Source: an uncultured Devosia sp.
GTDB taxonomy: Bacteria; Pseudomonadota; Alphaproteobacteria; Rhizobiales; Devosiaceae
Assembly: GCA_965650545.1 (NCBI GenBank)
Contig: CBFGPB010000001.1
Span: 1 to 40,698 of the forward strand
DNA length: 40,698 nt
Direction of reading: 5' to 3'
Shown here: positions 18,404 through 27,942 of the stretch, piece by piece
How the letters are laid out: every line of letters starts with the position of its first letter
Numbering within the stretch: position 1 is the stretch's first letter
Made by a program: the position numbers and the translations under genes
Notes under the pieces: generated by a model
Seen by the model: only the letters and a program-made list of their open reading frames with translations
The model's database searches: none
What the model was told of the DNA's origin: nothing

Positions 18404-19348
18404 CTAGCGGCCCTGGGCGCGCCTCTGGCCGCGCTGCTGCATGCCCTCGGTATAGCGGCGGCGCAGCTCGGGGTCATAGCGCTTGTCGGCGTCCTGATGG
18501 TTCTTGTTGCGCGGATCGATGCGCGGGTCGCTGGTGAGCTTGTCGAGATCAGCGTCGCTGAGCGGACCATTATCCACGCCCTGGCCCGAAACGACGATGA
18601 TCCCGGCCTTGGCCATCCGCCCCATCATGGCGCGCAGCAGCGCCTGGCCGCCGGCTGTATCGGTCAGTGCCTTGAGCTCGGCCGAGGCATCGGCCTTGAG
18701 CTTTTCGGGAATGCCGTCGAGCTGGCTGATCAGGCCATTGGCAAAGGCCTCATTTTCCTTGAGCTGCTGGTTGATTGCAGCGGCGTCGGAAATACCGTGT
18801 TCGGATCCATAGCGAGTGATTTCCGCCTGCGGGTTAAAGGGCGGTGCGAGGAGCCCCTGCTCGGCCATTGGCCCATAGAGATCGTTGATGACACCATTGA
18901 GCTGGGCATCGGTCAGGCCATGCTTGTGCGCAGCCGTGCGGGCCAGCGCCAGGGCAGGGTTCTTGGCCGGATCGGCCCCGAAATAACCCTTGATCTTCTC
19001 GCCCGGGTTGAACGTGTAGTCCTCAGGCTTGGCCGGCGCCGTGCCGCGGCGCGCAAGGTCATCGCGCATGCCGGTGAAGCGGGTGTTGAGCTCGCCATAG
19101 CCCTTGAACAACTTGCCCAGGGTTTCCTCGGCACTGGTGCCCAGGAATTCGGGCGGGATGGCAAGGTCCTTGGGCGGAGACCAGGCCTGCTGCTGCTGGC
19201 CACCGCCTTGCTGCTGCCCGCCGCCCTGCTGCTGCTGTTGCTGACCACTGCCCTGCTGCTGGCCACCGCCGCCGGCACCCTGTTGCCCGCCGTCACCGCC
19301 GCTGCCGGCATCTGCCAGCCCATAGGCCACCTGGGGGAAAATTCTCAT
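18404..19348 (-). CDS. Capsid scaffolding protein
   Basis: G/Q-rich N-terminus, IPPEF..KLFKGYGEL, APAKPEDY; between portal and capsid. Confidence 0.75.
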   Translation of the reverse strand: MRIFPQVAYGLADAGSGGDGGQQGAGGGGQQQGSGQQQQQQGGGQQQGGGQQQQAWSPPKDLAIPPEFLGTSAEETLGKLFKGYGELNTRFTGMRDDLARRGTAPAKPEDYTFNPGEKIKGYFGADPAKNPALALARTAAHKHGLTDAQLNGVINDLYGPMAEQGLLAPPFNPQAEITRYGSEHGISDAAAINQQLKENEAFANGLISQLDGIPEKLKADASAELKALTDTAGGQALLRAMMGRMAKAGIIVVSGQGVDNGPLSDADLDKLTSDPRIDPRNKNHQDADKRYDPELRRRYTEGMQQRGQRRAQGR

Positions 19349-19728
19349 TGGTCCATCTCTCGTTTGGGGGGCTGATCGGCGTCACCGCGCCCATGCGCGA
19401 TCAGCTTCAAAATCATATGGGCGACGTTGTTCTGGCCCTCGCGGAACTGGGCATACATGGCCGTCTGTTCCATCGTGAGGCCCATGGAGACAGAGGGCGG
19501 GACTGCACGGTTGAGCGTGACATCGACCAGCGCCTGCAGCGCCTCCTGGCCCTCGGGGGTTTCGGCAAAGCCGCGCCAGGCGGCAGCCAGCCGTTCCTTG
19601 CGGGCTTCCATCTTGGCCTGGAGTGCCTTGACCTGGTCTTCGCTGAGACCCGGCTGGGCATTGAACCACTCCCAGCCGCCCTTGCCGGCGCCCGAAATCC
19701 ACGCCTCAAGCGCGCCCTGGTTGATCAT
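19345..19728 (-). CDS. Bbp19-like protein
   Basis: FAETPEGQEALQAL...FREGQNNV motif; ATGA overlap with portal. Confidence 0.75.
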   Translation of the reverse strand: MINQGALEAWISGAGKGGWEWFNAQPGLSEDQVKALQAKMEARKERLAAAWRGFAETPEGQEALQALVDVTLNRAVPPSVSMGLTMEQTAMYAQFREGQNNVAHMILKLIAHGRGDADQPPKREMDQ

Positions 19729-21284
19729 GCTGCAGCTCCCGGCATTTGTCCGGTCATGGCGCCGGCGGCGGCCGCGGCCAGTTTCATGGCCTGTTCCTCT
19801 TTCTCGATCTTTTCGCGTTTGTCGCTCGAGGTCTTGAACTTCTCGGGCACACCCATCATGGTGGCAGCCTCGAGCAGCACGGCCTCGATCTCGGCAATCT
19901 TCTGCGGGTTGATCTGGGCCGCGCCGCAAACGGCCAGCACCATTTCGAGCCACTGCATGATGTTCTTGAGCCGGGCGGCTTCGCGCGCGATGGCGAGCGG
20001 GCTCTTGACGCGGATCTTGGTCAAGAGATGATCGATCTTGATCTCGCGCGGCAGCAGCTGCTTGTTATAGGCCAGCTCCATGGTCCGCCGCACGGCGGGC
20101 ACCACCACCTCGTGGATCTGCCGCCCGAAGGCGCCCAGGTGATCGTCGGCCATGCGCTGCACGCGCTGCAGGATCTCGGTCGGCGATTTCACCGCCGCAT
20201 TGTCGGTCGGCAGCCCATTGTCCATCAGGATGTCGCGGACATTGTTCTGCATGTTCTCGATGACCAGCATCGACATGTCGAGGCGCGGATCGGGGAAGCG
20301 GGAAACGCTTGGGCCCATCGTCCCGCCATTGCGGGCGACCTTCCAGAACGCGCCTGGCTCGAGCGGCGACAGGTCCGGATTGAACACCCCGTCATCGACG
20401 GCGGTATAGATGCCCAGCATGGCAATGGCCGCCGCCATGAGCTGGATGCGCTTGGCGGTGTTGAGCGTCTTGATCTCGGGCATGGCGAGCATGGCCAGGC
20501 CCCGGCCATAGGTCTCGCCCGGCACGCGGATATAGCGCGGCGTGATCCAGGGGCAGGTGCGGTTCTCGTCGGCCCAGATGCGCTTGTCCGGCTGTTTGGG
20601 CGACCAGACAATGGTGCGCCAGCGCTTCACGCCCTGGCTATTGCGCTCGAGCACGGTATCGACATGCACGTCGATTTCGGCTTCCGGCTTCATGTCGCGG
20701 ATGGCCTTGTCGAACTCGCCCTTGGGCCAGCTCTCCATCAGCACCCGGACCGTCATCTTGCGGTCCCAGTAGATGCCGGAGATCTTGTTGTCCGGGCCGC
20801 CCTCGAGCATGACCTCGTCCATCGCCACGGAGATCGGGCTCCAGAGCTCCTCGATGTCCTCGGCCGGGTTGCACAGAATGGCGCCGGTGCCGGCCACCAG
20901 GTCGAGGGCCATTTCGTGGAAGGCCATGTCCCAGTCGCCGGTATCGAAGAAGCTCTGCAGCACGTCGCTGACAATCTCGAGCTCGGCGGCGTGCCGCTCC
21001 CTGGTCTTGGGATCGCGCACATAGGGCCCGGGTTCGAGCGCGAAATTGCGCTGCTCGGGCGGCCACAGGTCCTGCTGGTACTTGCCGGCAAAGCGCATGG
21101 CCGAGGTCATGGCCGTGCTGTCGAACACCTGGTCGACGCGCTTCTCGCCCGTGCCGCTGTCCTTTGTCCCCTTCCTCAGGGGGATGGCATATTGATAAGC
21201 CTCGTCGAGGAGGGGCTGGAAGCGGTCGCGCTCCCTCTTGGCCGCCTCGCGGCGAGCCTTCAGCTGGGCGGTGGTCAGGGCCAT
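19725..21284 (-). CDS. Portal (head-tail connector, T7 gp8/Bbp21-like)
   Basis: FDSTA, DLVAGTG, RYIRVPGETYGRGLA..A.P.IK.LN, SPTEILQR, SPLA. Confidence 0.92.
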   Translation of the reverse strand: MALTTAQLKARREAAKRERDRFQPLLDEAYQYAIPLRKGTKDSGTGEKRVDQVFDSTAMTSAMRFAGKYQQDLWPPEQRNFALEPGPYVRDPKTRERHAAELEIVSDVLQSFFDTGDWDMAFHEMALDLVAGTGAILCNPAEDIEELWSPISVAMDEVMLEGGPDNKISGIYWDRKMTVRVLMESWPKGEFDKAIRDMKPEAEIDVHVDTVLERNSQGVKRWRTIVWSPKQPDKRIWADENRTCPWITPRYIRVPGETYGRGLAMLAMPEIKTLNTAKRIQLMAAAIAMLGIYTAVDDGVFNPDLSPLEPGAFWKVARNGGTMGPSVSRFPDPRLDMSMLVIENMQNNVRDILMDNGLPTDNAAVKSPTEILQRVQRMADDHLGAFGRQIHEVVVPAVRRTMELAYNKQLLPREIKIDHLLTKIRVKSPLAIAREAARLKNIMQWLEMVLAVCGAAQINPQKIAEIEAVLLEAATMMGVPEKFKTSSDKREKIEKEEQAMKLAAAAAGAMTGQMPGAAA

Positions 21285-21287
21285 GGA

Positions 21288-21488
21288 TCAGCCCAGATTG
21301 ATTTCGCCCGAGCCGCCCAGGCCCTGGACGAAGGTCAGAAGGCCGCGGCCGCGACGCCGTGGGGAACCGGTCGGCTGCGCCGCGCCCTGGTCAATCTCCG
21401 CCTGCTGCGCTGCCAGCTGCGCCAGCGACGTGCGCTGCTGGCTCTCCATTGCCCGCTTCCCGCGGCCCCCGTCCAGAAGATCCGGCAT
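21288..21488 (-). CDS. Small virion protein preceding the portal (T7 gp7.3-like position)
   Basis: RRRGRGLL..LG C-terminus; GAGGT RBS. Confidence 0.55.
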   Translation of the reverse strand: MPDLLDGGRGKRAMESQQRTSLAQLAAQQAEIDQGAAQPTGSPRRRGRGLLTFVQGLGGSGEINLG

Positions 21489-21870
21489 ATGCCCATACCT
21501 CGCCATGTTCGCTGCGCTCCGCGAACACGAAGCCGGCGGCCCGGCAGATGCGGGACCCGGCCTCGGACGTGCAGAGCGTCACGATGGCACGGTATGGCGC
21601 GGCGGCGAGGGTCAACCGGATCGCGCGGACAATGGGCAGCATCAGCGCGGAAGCCTCGGGCCAGAAGTGAAACCAGCTTTCCGCCTGGCCCGGCCCGATC
21701 GGCGCCAGTCCGGCAAGTCCCACGAGGCGCCCCTCATGCCGGATTGCCCAGGTCTGGCTGTCGTCGAACACCTCCCGCATCACGGCCCATTGCAGCCGGC
21801 TCGCATGGGCATGACCGGCCATCTCCGCCAGGTCGAGCAGGGTCGCCGCGTCAGTTTTAATTTCACGCAT
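21391..21870 (-). CDS. GNAT-fold (T7 gp13-like) protein
   Basis: WAIRHEGRLVGLAG..AESW..SRICRAAGF. Confidence 0.6.
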   Translation of the reverse strand: MREIKTDAATLLDLAEMAGHAHASRLQWAVMREVFDDSQTWAIRHEGRLVGLAGLAPIGPGQAESWFHFWPEASALMLPIVRAIRLTLAAAPYRAIVTLCTSEAGSRICRAAGFVFAERSEHGEVWAYAGSSGRGPREAGNGEPAAHVAGAAGSAAGGD

Positions 21871-21873
21871 TTT

Positions 21874-22230
21874 TCACGCGGTTTTGCGGCAGAGCGCGAG
21901 CGCCGCATCGACATGGGATCTGAGTACCAGGAGATCAGCTTCCTCCCAGACGAGAAAAATGTCCTCGTCATCGAAGCATCCATCACGCCCGTAATCGGGG
22001 TTCATGGGGAAACTGGCGCCATCATCGAGCATGAGGGTCAAGCGGCCCCATTGATTGCGCTCCCCATCGATGTCGCCGCCAGACTCGATCCAGCACAGCT
22101 GCATTGCTGTGAAATCATCTCCAGTTGTGTCGCCCTTGACTTCCGGAGCCTCGAAATACCACGGCTTGCCCTTGGCAAAGATTGTCCCCGCCGGCATCTC
22201 CAGGAACTCGCCACGCTTCAGAATTTTCAT
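21874..22230 (-). CDS. Hypothetical phage protein
   Basis: ATGA overlap with terL; acidic globular composition. Confidence 0.7.
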   Translation of the reverse strand: MKILKRGEFLEMPAGTIFAKGKPWYFEAPEVKGDTTGDDFTAMQLCWIESGGDIDGERNQWGRLTLMLDDGASFPMNPDYGRDGCFDDEDIFLVWEEADLLVLRSHVDAALALCRKTA

Positions 22231-23945
22231 CTTCCCAACCCCACCTTGTGCGGATCGAAACCACCCGCCTTGCCCCAGCCCGTTGAGCCGTTCCTCTGGC
22301 TCGACCAGCCGCCCTGGCCCTGCCCCCCGGCTGCCCGGCCGCCCTGGATCGCCTGCATGACGAACTGGTGCCCGCGCATGCCGATGATGAGGTACTGCCC
22401 GGCATCCATGAGGTCGCTCCAGGGATGCAGCTTTTCGGGCAGGTCCTCATATTCGTTGCCGCCGCTCTGCGGCCGCTTCTTGAACCGGTACCGCCCCGCG
22501 ATCGCCGCGATATATTGCACGCAGGCCGGGGAAATCAGGAGCGACGTGTTCGGCTCGAGGAAGCCGCGCAACTCGGCATCGACAGCGCCGGTGCGCAGCG
22601 AGATCTCGTTTGATCCATTGCCCGGGATCAGCGCTGGCACACCCAGCACCTGGCTCAACAGTTCCATGGCATTGAGCTCGCCGGCCTCCTTGTCGGCGCC
22701 GAACTGACTGGCAGGGTCAACGAACAGTTTTACCCGCCGTTTGGCCACATTGCCGAAGCGCTCATTCATCAGGTTCTTCATGCCCTCGCCGAACCGGCCA
22801 GTGCCGACGCCGTGGCCCATATAGAGCTCGGCCAGCATGGCAATGCGCCCCGGTGTCCAGACCTGCCCGAACATTGCCGCCGGCGACAGGCCGCCCTTGG
22901 AGATGTCGGCGCCGATCCCGAGATCCACGTCGCGCTCCACCAGCTGCGCGGAGGCCACATGGCGCGGATGGTCAAAGCTGGGATGCACCGGCTTGCCGGC
23001 CTGGGAGTGGCCGAACTTGTTGTCGACCATGCGATGGACGAAGCGCTCGTCCTGGTTCTCGATGATCCGGTCGTAATAGCCCGGCTCCAGGTTGAAGAGG
23101 TTCTCCGCTTCCGGAGACCGGCCGCTGGGCTGCTGGAAGAAGGCGCGGCCCGGCGTGCGGTTGGTGATGAGCGTGTCATAGGTCCAGTTGTCGATCGTCG
23201 GGGCGTTCATGTCCCCGATCACCGTGGCCAGCCGGTTGCCGCTCACCAGCTGCTGGTTGCGAGACAGGGCTCCCCTTGCCCATAGCTCCTCCTGCAGCTT
23301 TTCGATCTCCTTGGGCGATAGCAGCAGGTTCGGCATGGGCCAGCGGCCGACGCGCTGTTCCATGTCGTCGAGCGCACCCTCGGCATGGGTGTCGAGCTCA
23401 TTGAGCCAGCCGCCGGAATATTCGCGGCCCTTCATCAGGGTCTCGATGCTGTCTTCGCCCAGGCCGGCAAATTCGGTGATCGCCTCGATGCGGACCCCGT
23501 CATGACCCATGAAGCGCTGCCGGTGGATCAGCGGCCGATCATTGCCGCCCGTGACCATGGCGCCGGGATAGGTTTTGGGGAACCACTGTTTCCAGCTCTC
23601 GAGCACGGTCTTTTCCGCCGATCGGAACGTATCGCGCAACACGATCCATCGGCACATGCGGGTCGGCCTGCCGTCTTCGGGATGCCAGGCGATCGGCGCC
23701 CTGGTCGCGGCCAGGTTGCGCTTGAACACGCATGTCGTGGTCTTGCCGCCGCCCAGTGGCCCCATCAGGATTCCGGTTGGGGAAACATCATTGAGGAAGG
23801 CTTGCGCCACCGGTCCGGGCGGCACATACATGAACGGGTTGAAGTCGCCATGATAATCGAGCTCGAGCGCGAGCTGGCGGACCTTCTCCTCGGCCGCTTC
23901 GCGGAGGTCGACCCGGCTGATGAGATTGGCGATATGCCCGCTCAT
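22227..23945 (-). CDS. terL: Terminase large subunit
   Basis: Walker A GPLGGGKT, WLNE Walker B, DMN coupling motif, RNase H-type GAD, VDPA, HPWSDLMDAGQY. Confidence 0.92.
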   Translation of the reverse strand: MSGHIANLISRVDLREAAEEKVRQLALELDYHGDFNPFMYVPPGPVAQAFLNDVSPTGILMGPLGGGKTTTCVFKRNLAATRAPIAWHPEDGRPTRMCRWIVLRDTFRSAEKTVLESWKQWFPKTYPGAMVTGGNDRPLIHRQRFMGHDGVRIEAITEFAGLGEDSIETLMKGREYSGGWLNELDTHAEGALDDMEQRVGRWPMPNLLLSPKEIEKLQEELWARGALSRNQQLVSGNRLATVIGDMNAPTIDNWTYDTLITNRTPGRAFFQQPSGRSPEAENLFNLEPGYYDRIIENQDERFVHRMVDNKFGHSQAGKPVHPSFDHPRHVASAQLVERDVDLGIGADISKGGLSPAAMFGQVWTPGRIAMLAELYMGHGVGTGRFGEGMKNLMNERFGNVAKRRVKLFVDPASQFGADKEAGELNAMELLSQVLGVPALIPGNGSNEISLRTGAVDAELRGFLEPNTSLLISPACVQYIAAIAGRYRFKKRPQSGGNEYEDLPEKLHPWSDLMDAGQYLIIGMRGHQFVMQAIQGGRAAGGQGQGGWSSQRNGSTGWGKAGGFDPHKVGLGR

Positions 23946-24340
23946 TCCCGACCTCCGCAGTTCTGTTCCCCGACCCGGCGCGCGGCGACCCCAGACACGG
24001 GCGCGAACACACCCCACACCCCAGCCCTGCCCCGAGGGGACACGCCGCCCCGCACCGGCCCCCTAGGCGAAAATCCGGAACGGTGTGAGCGCCAGCGGCC
24101 CCAGACCGGGGGGGCACCCCCGCTTTGGGGGAGGGGGGTCGAGGCCCCCCGGGGGTCGAATTTTCCCCTGGGGGAGAGGCGCGACCAGGTCGCGCTGCCC
24201 TGCGCCAGGTCGAGGTGCCGAACAGGGGGGACGCCCCTCAAGCGCGCGTCATTTTGAATGACGCGCTCGCCTAGCCCTAAGTCGTTGCGATTGCTGCGCT
24301 TTCCGCCCTCATGCGACGGCTGGCCGTGCGACGCGCTCAT
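23942..24340 (-). CDS. Possible low-complexity ORF bridging terS and terL, over the putative packaging-signal region
   Basis: ATGA overlaps at both ends; the underlying DNA is G/C homopolymer runs and palindromes. Confidence 0.35.
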   Translation of the reverse strand: MSASHGQPSHEGGKRSNRNDLGLGERVIQNDARLRGVPPVRHLDLAQGSATWSRLSPRGKFDPRGASTPLPQSGGAPPVWGRWRSHRSGFSPRGPVRGGVSPRGRAGVWGVFAPVSGVAARRVGEQNCGGRE

Positions 24341-24885
24341 TCGTCACCCTCTAAGTCATTGATTTCACTGGCTTCTGGCATCTGACCGACCGACATCACC
24401 GCCCTGCCCTCGATCAGCTTGGCGGCCTCGGCCATCTGGTTCGTGCCCGAGGCCACCACCAGGATCGGCAGGCGCTCATCGGTCACCACCACCTCAGTCG
24501 GCTTCTTGCCGTGCAGGTAGGGCATGAGGTCGACGGCCGCCTTGCGCTGCAGGTCGATGATGTCGGGAATGCTGGGCAGCGACACCATGGTCAGCTCCCC
24601 AACCGTTGTCCTGGGCAAGCCCTCGGCGTTCTCGGCCGCCATGGCCTGCAGCGCGCGTGGGTCCATCGTGATGATTTCGGCCAGCACCTGGGCGGGATCG
24701 CGATAGCCCATGGCATAGAACCACTTCTCGAAGTCGACCGACTTGCGGTTCCGCGCGCCCCTCGGCCTGCCGACGCCCCGGCGCTCGCCGGCCGCCGCCA
24801 CCGCGTCGAAAAACCCGGACGGCGCGCGCTCATCATCCCCTTGGGAACCATCATCTGAGCCGAAAAGGTCAGGATCGTCAGCCAT
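24337..24885 (-). CDS. terS: Terminase small subunit
   Basis: GRPRGARNRK and AAVDLMPYLHGK motifs; upstream of terL. Confidence 0.75.
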   Translation of the reverse strand: MADDPDLFGSDDGSQGDDERAPSGFFDAVAAAGERRGVGRPRGARNRKSVDFEKWFYAMGYRDPAQVLAEIITMDPRALQAMAAENAEGLPRTTVGELTMVSLPSIPDIIDLQRKAAVDLMPYLHGKKPTEVVVTDERLPILVVASGTNQMAEAAKLIEGRAVMSVGQMPEASEINDLEGDE

Positions 24886-24930
24886 TTAGCGCCCATCCCG
24901 AATATTTAATGGGTTTCGACCAGGGCGCGC

Positions 24931-25161
24931 TGTCACACTGGTGTCTCGCCTCTGTCTCAACTGCAAGCGATTGATTTTGCTGCGATATTCAGAAGAAAAG
25001 ACACTTGTGACAATGTGACAGGGGTAGAGGGTCACGTACGCGCGCGCGCGCGTATATGTGAGGCTAAGGGCTGTCTCATCTGTCACAGCGTCACAAATCA
25101 CGATTTCGCCTGTTAATTCAGTGCCTTGGGGTGAGACAACGGGTGAGACAGCAGTGTGACA
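24931..25161. other. Putative replication origin: iteron array
   Basis: Twelve TGTCWC-like hexamers (ten exact) in four triplets of alternating orientation around a (CG)7 palindrome; two IHF-like sites; downstream of primase/helicase. Confidence 0.65.
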
Positions 25162-25609
25162 CCCGGACCCGGTGGAGCCGCACCGATCGGCCCCGTATCA
25201 CGCTGGCATGGGTCCGCTGGCCGTCAACCGATCGATCTTCGCTCGCCAAGGGGTGTGGGTGCGGGCGAAAGGCTGATCGCAATGGGGTGCGGGCGGGGTT
25301 CATGCCGATTTTCTGGCTATTGCTGGGGTGTGGGAGCCGAGGCGGTTGGCCTGGGCCAGAGCGATAGACGTACGGAAGCGGTCGCGCTGCTGCGCAGCAC
25401 GCCCGGGTCAGTTTGCCTGTCCGCCTGACGGCGGACGACTGGCGACGCGCAAGCGCGCCACCAGGGAAGAATATGGAAGCCGATCGAAGGCGCCGGCGGC
25501 GCGCGACAAGGTGCACCCTCGAGGCGACACGGCAAGGCGCCACCTCGCCCAGGCGGTGCCTGGGCGCGCCCGATCGGGACTGGTCGGCCGGCGCTGCCGG
25601 CCTCGAAGG

Positions 25610-25876
25610 TCACCCTGACACCTCGCGCAACCACACATTCAGCATGTGGATATACTTGGACCGCTGCCCGGGACGGGGCATGAAGCGCAAATCGTGCTCT
25701 ACTTTGGTGACGACATAGTCATGGCGGTTCGAACCTTCTTCTACCGCCGCTTCTAAGGTTGCATCTTGCCAGTAGTGCAGCGCATCACCCACGCATGGGC
25801 GGACCTCGAGCTGCGGAAAGTGCCAGTCGTCGAGTTCTTCCCCGGTATCGGCATTCCACCAGTTCACGTCGATCAA
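25610..25876 (-). CDS. Hypothetical protein
   Basis: Lower-GC ORF, TTG start with GGAG RBS. Confidence 0.6.
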   Translation of the reverse strand: MIDVNWWNADTGEELDDWHFPQLEVRPCVGDALHYWQDATLEAAVEEGSNRHDYVVTKVEHDLRFMPRPGQRSKYIHMLNVWLREVSG

Positions 25877-25919
25877 GTGCTTTTCTCCTTCTCCAACCAG
25901 GTGTCCATGCGCCTCCGCA

Positions 25920-27800
25920 TCACCCCTCCTGCCATTCCTTCAAATCCGCCAAGCTGATGAAGAGGCACCGCCGCTGCACGCCGCCGATGCGGATGCGGTT
26001 GTCGGTCCTGTTCGGGTCGCCCTTGCCGCTCTTGGCCAGGATCTTCTTGAGCACGATATGCTCGGGCGCCTGGCTCAAGGCCCAGCCCCAGCTGCCATTG
26101 CTGCCCCGCCCGCCCCAGGAGCTCTCGGACATCAGCTTGTTGATGTCCTTGCCCTGCTGCGGCACGCAAAGGGTGAGGCCTGCCCCGGCTCGGCCGGGCT
26201 CGAGCACATGCAGTCCGGCGATCTCGAGCAGCCTGTTGGCCTCCCTGATCATGGTCTGATCGGTGAGCTCGATGTCCTCGAGGATGCGTCCCACCGTGCG
26301 CCGCTCGCCCTTGTTCCAGGCGTCGACCTGGCTGGTGAGGATCTCGTCGATGCACTTGGACCAGTTCGGGGTCTTGCCGCTCACCTCTGGCGCCGCATCG
26401 GCCGCCAGCATGGCGCCCCAATGGCCTAGATTGTCGATCGGATAGCCCAGGGCTTCGAAACCGGCATCGCCCAAGAGCAGATGCGCGGCCGCCAGGAACG
26501 TGCCGAACGTGTTCTGGCCGCGGCTGTCATGCCCGTTCTCGCGCAGCACGTCGCGATAGGCCTGGTAGAGCCCGTCGAAATCCTCCCAATGATCCATCAC
26601 CCGGCGCAACAGCCGCGGGCCGATGGTCTCGGCCGCCGTGAGGGTCGGGACTTTCGCGGCCGCATTGGTCAGCGGCCGCAGCTGCAGCAGCGCCAGGCGG
26701 CTCATCGATGCCGGAGGAATGGGAGGCGGGTTGATGGCGGAAAAGAGGAAGGTCGAGCGCGCCTGGAATTCCACGCCCTGGTGGTTGGCGCCGCCACGGA
26801 TGCGGATCGAGCCCGAGGCCGCGTCGCGGGCCATCTTGATGATCTGCGCGGCCTGGTCCTGCCCGTCCTCGCCCTCGAGCTCGTCGATGCCGATGGGCAG
26901 CGCGTCATGGCCCACGATCTGGTAGAGGCCGGCACTGGTGGCATTGGTCGTCGAGATCATGAAGCGCCCGAGAATGGTCTTGAGCAGGCGCTGCAGCTCC
27001 GATTTGCCGCTGCCGGCGTCGCCGACCACGAACACGCTCGGCCGCCAGTCCAGCGCGGCGCCCATGAAGGCCACGCCGATCCAGCCCAAAGCCAGCATGG
27101 CGTCGGTTTCCCCGCGCACGAAATTCCAGCTGGTCAGCGCCCGGAACACCTCGAGCGCCGGGTTGTCATCGTCCAGCACTTCATCGCCCCAGGGCACGAT
27201 GGCCTTGGGCCGGCGCACATAGAAATGCTCGCCCAGCTCGCCCGTGCCTTCCTCGTGGCCGTCGACGAACAGCACTTCCCCGCAATGCAGCACCAGGCGG
27301 CGCCGATCGTCGAGCCAGGCGCCGCGGCCGCGCACCTGGTCGGTTGGGTTCCATGGGCCGCGGCCGGCGCAGGCAGCGAAGAGGTCGCGCCGGGCTTCCT
27401 CGGCCTTGAAATTGGTCACCGTGCCGCCCTTGCCGAAGCTCGGCCAGGCCCAGCAGAGGAAATCCTCGTGGGATGCGAACAGCTTCTGCATCCGCTCGAC
27501 GCCCATGGCCTTGTCGCCGGTGTTGAACACCTGGCCAAGCGTGTCGATCAGGTAGTAGTTTTCCCCGTCATAGCCCAGCGGCCGCACCGGGCAGTCGGCC
27601 GGCAAATGGCCGGTATCGTCCTTCTCCGCCTGCGGGTCGGTCTTCCACTGGCCGGGCAGCACCCCCTTGTAGGGCGATCCCTTCTGCGGCCATGCCGGCG
27701 CGGCCGTCTTGGCCTTCACCTCGGCGCGCTTGCGCCCCGCCTGGGTAATGGCGCGGATCCGTCTCTGTCCGGTCTCTGTCTCGGGCCGTTGTTCGGTCAC
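25920..27800 (-). CDS. Replicative helicase/NTPase (P4 alpha-like, SF3/AAA+)
   Basis: Walker A GDAGSGKS, Walker B IGIDE, FLFSAIN, SR finger. Confidence 0.85.
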   Translation of the reverse strand: MTEQRPETETGQRRIRAITQAGRKRAEVKAKTAAPAWPQKGSPYKGVLPGQWKTDPQAEKDDTGHLPADCPVRPLGYDGENYYLIDTLGQVFNTGDKAMGVERMQKLFASHEDFLCWAWPSFGKGGTVTNFKAEEARRDLFAACAGRGPWNPTDQVRGRGAWLDDRRRLVLHCGEVLFVDGHEEGTGELGEHFYVRRPKAIVPWGDEVLDDDNPALEVFRALTSWNFVRGETDAMLALGWIGVAFMGAALDWRPSVFVVGDAGSGKSELQRLLKTILGRFMISTTNATSAGLYQIVGHDALPIGIDELEGEDGQDQAAQIIKMARDAASGSIRIRGGANHQGVEFQARSTFLFSAINPPPIPPASMSRLALLQLRPLTNAAAKVPTLTAAETIGPRLLRRVMDHWEDFDGLYQAYRDVLRENGHDSRGQNTFGTFLAAAHLLLGDAGFEALGYPIDNLGHWGAMLAADAAPEVSGKTPNWSKCIDEILTSQVDAWNKGERRTVGRILEDIELTDQTMIREANRLLEIAGLHVLEPGRAGAGLTLCVPQQGKDINKLMSESSWGGRGSNGSWGWALSQAPEHIVLKKILAKSGKGDPNRTDNRIRIGGVQRRCLFISLADLKEWQEG

Positions 27801-27942
27801 TCAAAAAATTCCTGGCGAGGGGAGTGCCGGCGGCCCGAAAAAGGGGTCGCCGGTTGACAATTGACGCGTCAATTTCGCGGGTGATTTGCCCCAAAAGGGC
27901 AAAACGCGGTTGGCCTGGGCCAGAGCCACCCAAGATTTCAGG

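Noticed and set aside
19185-19290. CTG/CCG triplet repeats
   Set aside because: They encode the ordinary Gly/Gln-rich disordered N-terminus of the scaffold protein.
4192-21860. Long plus-strand ORFs (e.g. 4192-5553, 6601-8412, 16561-18327, 19746-21860)
   Set aside because: Antisense shadows of high-GC structural genes, with no motifs or RBS.
24886-25101. 71-aa ORF across the iteron array
   Set aside because: The translation merely reflects the iteron and CG repeats (TRARAYV); it is treated as non-coding.
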